From Clostridia bacterium (GTDB taxonomy: Bacteria; Bacillota; Peptococcia; DRI-13; SV3-B141): a stretch of 64,000 nucleotides of DNA. This document shows, piece after piece, positions 54,953 to 64,000 of the stretch. Position 1 is the stretch's first letter, and the number at the start of each line of letters is the position of its first letter. Position numbers and translations under genes: made by a program. Below the pieces are notes generated by a model. It was not told the origin of the DNA. It searched no databases and saw nothing but the letters and a program-made list of their open reading frames with translations. The DNA lies in contig JAHDSB010000027.1 in NCBI GenBank assembly GCA_018433015.1, positions 46,380-110,379 of the forward strand. The letters are read 5' to 3'.

Positions 54953-56320
54953 ATGCCAATAGCATTTACACCGGCAGAAATAAGCGAAACCATTCGCATG
55001 ATTGAAACAGAGAATCTAGATATTCGAACAATTACCATGGGTATAAGTTTACGCGATTGTGCTCACAACGATGTTAACATAACGGCTCGGAAGATCTATG
55101 ATAAGATAACAAAAAAAGCGGAAAAGTTAGTTAATATTGGTGAAGATATTTCTAAAGAATTAGGTATTCCCATTATAAATAAAAGAATCTCAGTGACTCC
55201 TATCTCCATGGTGGGAGAAAGCTGTGATGATTTGAATTACTTTTTGTTGGCAGAGACGCTAGATAAAGCTGCTAAAGAAGTAGGTGTTAACTTTATTGGG
55301 GGTTTTTCTGCCCTGGTGCATAAGGGTTTTACTCGTGGAGATGAAGAACTAATAAAAGCTATACCGGAAAGTTTAAAGGCTACGGAAAGAGTATGTTCTT
55401 CTGTTAATATCGGTACAACAAAAGCGGGCATAAATATGGATGCCGTTAAACTAATGGGTAAAGTAGTTAAAGAAACAGCGGAGTTGACTAAAGATAAAGA
55501 TGCTTTAGGTTGTGCTAAGCTAGTAGTATTTTGTAACGTACCGGAAGACAATCCTTTTATGGCAGGAGCTTTTCACGGTGTTGGCGAGCCCGAGTGTGTT
55601 ATTAATGTAGGTGTCAGTGGCCCTGGGGTAGTATTAAACGCAATTAAAAACCATCCTGAACTAGATTTTGGTGGCTTGGCTAATATTATCAAGAAAACAG
55701 CCTTTAAAATCACCAGAATGGGTGAACTTGTAGGCCGTGAAGCAGGTAAAAGACTGGGTGTACCTTTTGGAATCGTGGACTTGTCCTTAGCACCTACTCC
55801 AGCTATTGGTGATAGTGTGGCTGATATATTAGAGGCCATGGGTTTGGAGAGTGTAGGTACTCATGGTACTACTGCGGCCCTGGCTATGCTGAATGATGCC
55901 GTGAAGAAAGGTGGTTCCATGGCTTCTTCATATGTAGGAGGTTTAAGTGGAGCTTTTATCCCTGTTAGTGAAGATGCTGGAATGATTAGAGGCGTGGAAG
56001 AAGGTAGTTTAAAAATTGACAAACTAGAAGCTATGACATGTGTTTGTTCCGTTGGTTTAGATATGATTGCTGTACCGGGTGAAACTACAGCCGAAACTAT
56101 TTCGGCAATCATCGCCGATGAAGCTGCTATAGGAATGATTAATAAGAAAACTACAGCGGTGCGCATTATTCCCGTGCCCGGCAAACAGGTAGGTGACAGA
56201 GTAGAATTTGGCGGCCTTTTAGGCTCTGCTCCCATTATGCCCTTACATCCCTATAGTTCTGCGGCCTTTATTAAAAGAGGTGGACGGATACCTGCCCCCA
56301 TTTGTGCTCTCACAAATTAA
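54953..56320 (+). CDS. UPF0210 (DUF711/PFL-like) family protein
   Basis: 455 aa. [20 protein letters not shown]...[13 protein letters not shown] are typical of UPF0210. Confidence 0.85.
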   Translation: MPIAFTPAEISETIRMIETENLDIRTITMGISLRDCAHNDVNITARKIYDKITKKAEKLVNIGEDISKELGIPIINKRISVTPISMVGESCDDLNYFLLAETLDKAAKEVGVNFIGGFSALVHKGFTRGDEELIKAIPESLKATERVCSSVNIGTTKAGINMDAVKLMGKVVKETAELTKDKDALGCAKLVVFCNVPEDNPFMAGAFHGVGEPECVINVGVSGPGVVLNAIKNHPELDFGGLANIIKKTAFKITRMGELVGREAGKRLGVPFGIVDLSLAPTPAIGDSVADILEAMGLESVGTHGTTAALAMLNDAVKKGGSMASSYVGGLSGAFIPVSEDAGMIRGVEEGSLKIDKLEAMTCVCSVGLDMIAVPGETTAETISAIIADEAAIGMINKKTTAVRIIPVPGKQVGDRVEFGGLLGSAPIMPLHPYSSAAFIKRGGRIPAPICALTN

Positions 56321-56335
56321 TTAAAATTGATAATG

Positions 56336-56373
56336 AAAAAAGATGTTGAGATTTTTCTCAACATCTTTTTTTT
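56336..56373 (+). terminator. Intrinsic terminator after the UPF0210 gene
   Basis: AGATGTTGAGA-tttt-TCTCAACATCT flanked by an A-run and a T-run. Confidence 0.8.
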
Positions 56374-56428
56374 ATGGGTTAACCTGCTTAAAAATGGATA
56401 AATTAAAGTTAGTTATGGAGGGATTATT

Positions 56429-56728
56429 GTGCCAGAAAAAGATTATAAACATAGATTAGAAGCAAAGGTAGATGAATTAGCCACTGCTATGGAAAAAATG
56501 AAGTTAGCTGAATATGTTGAGTATCTACATAATACACGGAGAATGTTGCTGATAAATTTCATGGCAGGTTTAGCACGAGGGTTAGGTATGGCGGTAGGAT
56601 TTACCATACTTGGGGCTTTAGTAGTTTATATGTTACGGAAAATAGTACTTTTAAATTTACCTTTGATAGGTGATTTTATTGCGGATTTAGTAAGATTAGT
56701 AGATTATAGCATGAAAAAATCATTATAA
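56429..56728 (+). CDS. Small membrane protein (DUF5665-like)
   Basis: 99 aa with two TM helices (LLINFMAGLARGLGMAVGFTILGALVVYML). The family assignment is from memory. Confidence 0.55.
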   Translation: MPEKDYKHRLEAKVDELATAMEKMKLAEYVEYLHNTRRMLLINFMAGLARGLGMAVGFTILGALVVYMLRKIVLLNLPLIGDFIADLVRLVDYSMKKSL

Positions 56729-56800
56729 ATTGCGGCGGTAGGTGACTTGTGTTAGAATAATAGCGATAAGTTTAGAGATAAATAATAGGCGGAATGTATA

Positions 56801-57244
56801 ATGATCTTTTGGATAACAGCATTATTAGCATTATTACTAGATAGAATTAGCAAAATAATTGTGTTAAGGAACATGGTTGTAGGCCAAACTATTCCAGTAA
56901 TTCATGACTTCTTTCACTTTACTTATGTAAGAAATCCTGGAGCTGCTTTTGGAATATTGGCTGAAAAAAAATGGCTATTTATTGTAGCTACCTTCGCTAT
57001 TCTAATTGTACTGTTCTATTTCGTACATACTACAGAGAGTAAAGGCATTCTTATGTCCGTTTCTTTGGGAATGATAGCGGGTGGTGCCGTAGGCAACCTT
57101 TGGGATAGGTTACAAATAGGCATGGTCATTGATTTCCTTGATTTTAGGGGTGTTTGGCCCTATATTTTTAATATTGCTGATTCTTTTATTGTTGTTGGCG
57201 TACTGGTTTTAATTTGCAAAATTTTATTGTCTGAACAGATTTAA
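56801..57244 (+). CDS. lspA: Lipoprotein signal peptidase II
   Basis: FHFTYVRNPGAAFG and NLWDR...VIDFLDF...FNIADS motifs. Confidence 0.92.
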   Translation: MIFWITALLALLLDRISKIIVLRNMVVGQTIPVIHDFFHFTYVRNPGAAFGILAEKKWLFIVATFAILIVLFYFVHTTESKGILMSVSLGMIAGGAVGNLWDRLQIGMVIDFLDFRGVWPYIFNIADSFIVVGVLVLICKILLSEQI

Positions 57245-57275
57245 CAAAATACTAAGATATTATTGTAGGTAAATT

Positions 57276-58764
<1,489 letters not shown>

Positions 58765-58790
58765 ACAAATTAATTAAAATAGGGTGATAA

Positions 58791-59672
58791 ATGTTGGATA
58801 ATAAAAATACTTATGATCTAATAATAGTGGGCTGCGGACCCGCGGGTTTATCAGCAGCCATTAATGCCCAAATAAGGAATAAAAAATTCCTACTTATAGG
58901 TGGAGAATATTGTCTGGAAAAAATCTACAAAGCTCCGCGTGTTGACAATTATTTAGGTTTTTTTGCCATACAAGGCTCTGAGCTTAAAAATAAGTTTTTA
59001 GAGCATGTACAGAAAATGGGGATAGAGATACAGAATAAACGAGTCGATGCCATTTATCCTTTAGGGAAAATAATTCAAGTTATGGTTCAAGGAGAAGTAT
59101 ATAGCACAACTGCACTTATTATAGGTACAGGGTTGTCAACACCTAAATATATTAAGGGAGAAAAGGATCTTCTGGGTAAGGGAGTAGGTTATTGTGCTAC
59201 TTGTGATGGCCCCCTTTATAAAGGGAAGAGGGTTATTGTCCTGGGAGAGACGGAAGAAGCACAGGAAGAAGCTAATTACCTGGCTGATATTTGTGATAGT
59301 GTAATATATCTCAGTTTACACGGACATCCGGAAAATCTTAAGGAAAATATTAAAATTGGAGAGGGTAAACCTCTGGCAGTTCAAGGGGAGCAAGTATTTA
59401 AAGCCCTGGAAACTGATAAAGCTGTATATGAGGCTGATGGCCTGTTTATAATTCGTAAAGAAACTCCCGTTCAAGATATATTACCGGGTCTCAATGTGGA
59501 AAAAGGATACATTGAAGTTGATCGGACTATGCAAACCAATATACCGGGTGTCTTTGCAGCAGGGGACTGTACAGGACCTCCTTATCAGATTGCTAAAGCT
59601 GTGGGAGAGGGGCTGACAGCGGCCCTGAATGCTGTTAAATATATTGACTCCAAAGGGGAAGGGAGTAAATGA
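58791..59672 (+). CDS. Thioredoxin-reductase-like flavoprotein lacking NAD(P)H-binding motifs
   Basis: FAD motif VGCGPAGLSAA, redox-active CATCDG and C-terminal GVFAAGDC are present. The NADPH GxGxxA motif reads VLGETEEAQEEA and no HRRxxxR motif is present. Confidence 0.75.
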   Translation: MLDNKNTYDLIIVGCGPAGLSAAINAQIRNKKFLLIGGEYCLEKIYKAPRVDNYLGFFAIQGSELKNKFLEHVQKMGIEIQNKRVDAIYPLGKIIQVMVQGEVYSTTALIIGTGLSTPKYIKGEKDLLGKGVGYCATCDGPLYKGKRVIVLGETEEAQEEANYLADICDSVIYLSLHGHPENLKENIKIGEGKPLAVQGEQVFKALETDKAVYEADGLFIIRKETPVQDILPGLNVEKGYIEVDRTMQTNIPGVFAAGDCTGPPYQIAKAVGEGLTAALNAVKYIDSKGEGSK

Positions 59673-60160
59673 AGCAAATCTTCCTTTCACTAACGTGGAT
59701 ATGTTTCTTGCTAGAATTTGTGTTCATTTTATTTGCCTTTAGATATCTTTTTCTTAGCGACCCTTGCAAAAAATACAGTAAATACTATAGGAGAAGTGTT
59801 TATCTTTTAATGGCTGTAGTATATTTAGTAGCAGTGATAGTCACGGAATATAAGGTTACTGGTTTTAAAGATTTAGTAGTTAATAAAAATGTACTGCTGC
59901 AGTCTTTGTATATATTTCCTTATAAATTGGGAGGATTTACAGTTTGTTCTGTAGCAGAAGGAATTAAAAAATTAATGATGGGATATGAAATTAATGCTTC
60001 TCTGTACGTAGGTTATATCTACATTTTTCTAACAGCACTGCAATTAGGCACTATATCTTTGTTTTTTAGTAGACGATACAGAGAAAGAAAGCAGATATTA
60101 GATCCTATTGTAGTTAGTATATTTACTATATTTTTAACAAATTCATTTTTTGGAATCTAA
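59669..60160 (+). CDS. Hypothetical polytopic membrane protein
   Basis: 163 aa with about 4 hydrophobic helices. The start overlaps the upstream stop by 4 nt. Confidence 0.5.
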   Translation: MKQIFLSLTWICFLLEFVFILFAFRYLFLSDPCKKYSKYYRRSVYLLMAVVYLVAVIVTEYKVTGFKDLVVNKNVLLQSLYIFPYKLGGFTVCSVAEGIKKLMMGYEINASLYVGYIYIFLTALQLGTISLFFSRRYRERKQILDPIVVSIFTIFLTNSFFGI

Positions 60161-60161
60161 G

Positions 60162-60207
60162 AAAGGCGTTACCCTAAGTGATGATGAGGGTTAACGCCTT
60201 TTTTTTG
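60162..60207. terminator. Bidirectional terminator between convergent genes (membrane protein on +, rqcH on -)
   Basis: AAAGGCGTTACCCT ... AGGGTTAACGCCTTT stem (one bulge) flanked by A-rich and T-rich runs. Confidence 0.75.
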
Positions 60208-60208
60208 T

Positions 60209-61987
60209 TTATATAGTGCCTTCTTTTAATTGCTCTATTTTATCTAGATCTGGAGTAACATAAATTGTACGTTGATTTTCGTAATGAACCATTCCTGGTT
60301 TAGCTCCTTTGATTTTCCACACATGTTTTTTGTAGGTATAGTCTACAGGCACGTTGGTAGAAAGATGAGCTTTAGAATGATAGGCTGCTAACATGGCTCC
60401 CCATTCCAGGATATTTTCAGGTACTGTTTGGTTATGGGGATTCTTAATAATAACGTGGGAGCCGGGTATATCTTTTGTATGAAACCAAAGATCTTGAGGC
60501 TTAGCCATTTTCATAGTTAATAAATCATTTTGTTTATTGTTTTTTCCCCAATAAATTTCCCAGGAATCTATTACTATGTGATCAGGTGTACTCTGATCCT
60601 TTACAGCTTTTTTCTGCTTAGACTTTTTCTTAACGGGGGCTGGTTTTAAATAATTGGCTTCAATTAGCTCATCCTTAATTTCATTTACTTCTGGTAATTT
60701 AGTAACACTTTCTATCGAACTAGCTATACTGTATAAATATTCAAGCTCAGCCTCAGTTGATTCCAGCTGAATAGCTGCTTGTTGGGCTGCATGCTTAGAT
60801 TTTTGATATTTTTTAAAATATTTTTGAGCATTTGCAACAGGAGATAAGTTTTGGTCCAGAGGAATTTTAACTTTTTTTTGCTCAGGATGAAAATAATCGA
60901 TGGCTTCTGCTTCTTTGCCTTGCTTGATCAGATGGAGATTAGCCGTTAAAAGTTCTCCCCAAACCTTATATTTTTCTGCATTCCGGGAGTCCTGGATAGT
61001 TTGCAATTGTAACCCTTTTTTCTTTTCACAGCGCTCGATCTCTTTTTTTACAACTTGTTGGAGGTTATGTTTCTTTTGTTGCAAGATGTCTACTGTTTTT
61101 TTATGGATATAATAAAAATCTAAGGCTTGATTCATGCTAGCCATGGCGTGCCTTAATTTAGGAGGGTACTGGGTTAAGGCTATAGCGGAAAAGGAGATGG
61201 GAGCTTTCTTCTGGACAATGATTTCCGGTTGAAATTTATTGTTATAAATATTTTGTGCTATTTGCAGAAAACTTTGCCAGAGTTTACTGAACTCGTATTC
61301 TCCACAGTATTCAATAGATAAAGTTGGATTTAGATCTGCTCTGATAATTATTTCGCCAACGGATTGGGGGCCAAGTCCGCTAAAACTTTTTAGAATAGCC
61401 TTATTAAGAGTTTGAGTAAGAGAAAAGGACAATAATTTATTATAAAATTGTGTTTCATCTGTTTCCCAAGGAATGATTTTTTCTTGGGGTGGGGGTACTT
61501 GATAAGGAAGACCCGGTAAAACTTGACGGTATCTGCTGATGGAGGAAGGTATACGGTGGATTGAATCTAAAATTTTATTATTTTGGGGATCCAGCAATAT
61601 TATATTACTGTGTTTTCCCATAATCTCGATGATTATTGTCCGCTTAACTTTATCACCTAACTCATCAATTACTTCACATTGTATCTTCATAATTCGTTCC
61701 ATATTTACTTGTTCAAAAGAAAGGATTTTGCCTCCTTCTAAGTGTTTGCGCAGTACCATGCAAAAAAGAGGAGGTTCTGTGGGATTAGGTCTTGCCTGCT
61801 CTGTAAGATAAACACCGGCTTCTTGAGCATTAGCGGAGAGTAAAAGTTTGTGGGTATGGCCAGGCTGCCGAATGTGCAGGATGACTTCTTTTTTTCCTGG
61901 TTGATATATCTTGTCAATACGAGCTTCTTTAAGATTATTATTTAATTCAAAGGTAACAGCCCGCATTACTATTCCATCGTATGACAT
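60209..61987 (-). CDS. rqcH: Ribosome quality control NFACT protein RqcH (fibronectin-binding protein A family)
   Basis: MSYDGIVMRAV...IDKIYQP N-terminus, a coiled-coil middle, and a C-terminal NFACT-R domain (WFHTKDIPGSHVII). GGGAGGA RBS precedes ATG 61987. The ORF is open to 62032. Confidence 0.88.
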   Translation of the reverse strand: MSYDGIVMRAVTFELNNNLKEARIDKIYQPGKKEVILHIRQPGHTHKLLLSANAQEAGVYLTEQARPNPTEPPLFCMVLRKHLEGGKILSFEQVNMERIMKIQCEVIDELGDKVKRTIIIEIMGKHSNIILLDPQNNKILDSIHRIPSSISRYRQVLPGLPYQVPPPQEKIIPWETDETQFYNKLLSFSLTQTLNKAILKSFSGLGPQSVGEIIIRADLNPTLSIEYCGEYEFSKLWQSFLQIAQNIYNNKFQPEIIVQKKAPISFSAIALTQYPPKLRHAMASMNQALDFYYIHKKTVDILQQKKHNLQQVVKKEIERCEKKKGLQLQTIQDSRNAEKYKVWGELLTANLHLIKQGKEAEAIDYFHPEQKKVKIPLDQNLSPVANAQKYFKKYQKSKHAAQQAAIQLESTEAELEYLYSIASSIESVTKLPEVNEIKDELIEANYLKPAPVKKKSKQKKAVKDQSTPDHIVIDSWEIYWGKNNKQNDLLTMKMAKPQDLWFHTKDIPGSHVIIKNPHNQTVPENILEWGAMLAAYHSKAHLSTNVPVDYTYKKHVWKIKGAKPGMVHYENQRTIYVTPDLDKIEQLKEGTI

Positions 61988-62153
61988 TAAAAATCCTCCC
62001 ATATTTCTCATAATTAAAGTTACTGATAACAATATTATTAATCATACCATTTTAGGCCTGCAAGTGAAACTTCTATCATAGAAGTCATAAGTCATTTTTA
62101 GCCAGGAAGGGGAATAAATATTTTAATAAAACTTGTAGCGGGAGGCTTACTTA

Positions 62154-64000
62154 ATGGACAAAAACACCTGGCATGAAATGGCGAGTGAAGAGATATTAGC
62201 ATATATGAAGGTTGATGAACAGAAAGGATTAGACTCTAAAGAAGCGGAGCGGAGATTAACTTTAGTTGGTGCTAATACTTTACAAGAACAGCAAAAGGTA
62301 GCACCTATTAAATTATTTCTTGCTCAATTTTCTGATTTCATGGTTTTAGTTTTAATAGGGGCAGCCTTAATATCTCTTGTACTAGAAGAATATGCTGATG
62401 CCATAACAATACTAGCCATTGTTATCTTAAATTCATTTTTAGGATTTATCCAAGAATATAAAGCAGAAAAGTCTTTGCAAGCTTTACGGAAGATTATTGC
62501 CCCAGAGGCTAAAGTAAGGAGAGAAGGTAAGCACTGCAAAATAGCTGCAGATAAAATAGTCCCGGGAGATATTGTAATCCTGGAAACTGGTGATATAGTA
62601 CCTGCCGATGCTCGCTTATTGACAACAAGCCAATTAGAAGTTAATGAAGCTACCTTGACGGGAGAGTCACTACCTGTCAAAAAGAATGTAGCGGACCTTT
62701 ATCCTGCAGAAACAGCCTTAGGAGATAGAAAAAACATGGTCTATATGGGTACGGTTGTATCCCGGGGTAAAGGTATGGGGGTAGTCGCAGATACGGGCAT
62801 GTGTACAGAAATGGGACAGATCGCCCAGTACATTCAACAAGTTAAAGAACAAGTCACACCACTACAAAAACGTTTAGCTCAGTTAGGAAAATGGCTAGTC
62901 CTTTTATGTTTAGCAATTGTAGGTGCTGTTGTAGCTACGGGTATTTTACGGGGAGAACCTGCTTATAATATGTTTTTGACAGGTGTGAGTTTGGCCGTGG
63001 CGGCGATTCCCGAAGGATTGCCGGCTATAGTAACTGTGGCTCTAGCTATCGGGGTACAAAAAATGGTAAAAGTTGAAGCCATAGTAAGATCTTTACCTGC
63101 CGTGGAAACATTGGGTTGTGCTACAGTAATTTGTTCAGATAAAACAGGAACATTGACCCAAAATGAGATGACTACCAGGCAATTATATCTGGCCGGTGAT
63201 TATGTATATTTTAGCGGAGAAGGCTATAATCCCCAAGGAAACCTCCAATATCCTGAGGATGAAGGGTGGGAGATTAAAAATAAGCAGGGCTTAGAAAAAG
63301 CCTTAATGATAGCGGCTTTATGTAATAATGCCATTTTACAAAAAGATGATATACAGATCAGGGGATTATTGCGCAAAAACAAAGATAATATCTGGAATAT
63401 AATAGGAGATCCCACAGAAGGAGCTTTATTAGTTGCGGCAGCTAAAGGAAATAGCTGGAGGGAAACTTTGGAACAAGCACAACAGCGAATATATGAGATA
63501 CCTTTTGATTCTGAGAGAAAAAGAATGAGTACTATTTATCAGGAAAATAGTACAGGTGATCTAACCTTATATTGCAAAGGTGCTCCAGATTTTATTTTGG
63601 ATTCCTGTACCCACATCTGGTGGAATGGAAAAATAGTATCTTTAACAAAAGATCTTAAAGAGCAAGTGGTGCAAGCTAATGCACATATGGCATCTAAAGC
63701 CTTACGTGTATTGGGCTTAGCTTTTCGTCAGATGCCTAAGTCTCAGAGTTTAGAGGATGAAAAGAAATTAGAAGAGGAACTTATCTTTATTGCTCTGGCA
63801 GGAATAAACGATCCGCCTCGGGCCACCGCTAAAGAGGCCGTTAAGCTGTGTAAAAGAGCGGGGATTAAAACTGTAATGATCACAGGTGACCACAAGAATA
63901 CAGCTGAAGCCGTTGCTAAAGAATTAAATATAATAGCTCATAAAGAACAGCAAGTTATAACAGGACAGGAGTTAGATGAACTCAATGATTACCGTTTACA
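62154..64000 (+). CDS. P-type Ca2+/cation-transporting ATPase (P2 type), N-terminal ~615 aa; continues beyond the window
   Basis: I translated this by hand, as it is not in the ORF track (no stop in the window). N-terminus MDKNTWHEMASEEILAYMKVDEQKGL, then TGES, the phosphorylation motif ICSDKTGTLTQNEMT, and KGAP. Confidence 0.88.
   Translation, partial: MDKNTWHEMASEEILAYMKVDEQKGLDSKEAERRLTLVGANTLQEQQKVAPIKLFLAQFSDFMVLVLIGAALISLVLEEYADAITILAIVILNSFLGFIQEYKAEKSLQALRKIIAPEAKVRREGKHCKIAADKIVPGDIVILETGDIVPADARLLTTSQLEVNEATLTGESLPVKKNVADLYPAETALGDRKNMVYMGTVVSRGKGMGVVADTGMCTEMGQIAQYIQQVKEQVTPLQKRLAQLGKWLVLLCLAIVGAVVATGILRGEPAYNMFLTGVSLAVAAIPEGLPAIVTVALAIGVQKMVKVEAIVRSLPAVETLGCATVICSDKTGTLTQNEMTTRQLYLAGDYVYFSGEGYNPQGNLQYPEDEGWEIKNKQGLEKALMIAALCNNAILQKDDIQIRGLLRKNKDNIWNIIGDPTEGALLVAAAKGNSWRETLEQAQQRIYEIPFDSERKRMSTIYQENSTGDLTLYCKGAPDFILDSCTHIWWNGKIVSLTKDLKEQVVQANAHMASKALRVLGLAFRQMPKSQSLEDEKKLEEELIFIALAGINDPPRATAKEAVKLCKRAGIKTVMITGDHKNTAEAVAKELNIIAHKEQQVITGQELDELNDYRL

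Noticed and set aside
62064-62085. GTGAAACTTC 10-mer shared with the gcvT/murB repeat, followed by the palindrome ACTTCTAT-c-ATAGAAGT
   Set aside because: Only the 10-mer is shared. The stem sequence and the flanks differ, so the evidence that it belongs to the repeat family is insufficient.

Overview
Chromosomal segment of a low-GC, endospore-forming Firmicute (Clostridia-like), almost entirely coding and mostly on the + strand. Gene order: the end of the dcw cluster (murG', murC, murB, murA, ftsQ, ftsZ, with no ftsA between ftsQ and ftsZ); spoIIGA-sigE-(GNAT)-sigG-ylmC; and nrdR-nrdD-nrdG with tandem NrdR boxes. Next comes a ~21-kb accessory stretch (13.7-35 kb). It holds two lipoproteins, a divergent ECF-like sigma factor, an orphan holin-like gene and two very Cys-rich proteins. 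It also holds two CAP/YkwD-type secreted proteins and a glycosylation cluster with no exporter (7 glycosyltransferases, manC, a gmd-like SDR, a cupin and a CBM-like protein). Several of these genes have sigma-K-type promoter matches. The ylm/divIVA cluster then resumes: ylmD/pgeF, an inserted phoP-phoR-pstB-phoU, ylmE, sepF, proC, yggT, a frame-disrupted ylmH, and divIVA. Housekeeping genes follow: DUF167, an MBL hydrolase, DUF2935, a flavoprotein, gcvT-H-PA-PB, ACT+UPF0210, lspA-rluD-pyrR, a TrxR-like gene, rqcH, and a partial P-type ATPase. I saw no rRNA, tRNA, CRISPR array, transposase or integrase. The two most unusual items are these. (1) A ~110-nt structured tandem repeat (2.4 copies) fills the gcvT leader where a glycine riboswitch would be expected, and a related solo copy lies between murC and murB. 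(2) The accessory stretch looks like a spore-surface assembly and glycosylation island inserted between ylmC and ylmD. All calls rest on reading the translations and motifs by eye. No database search was run.
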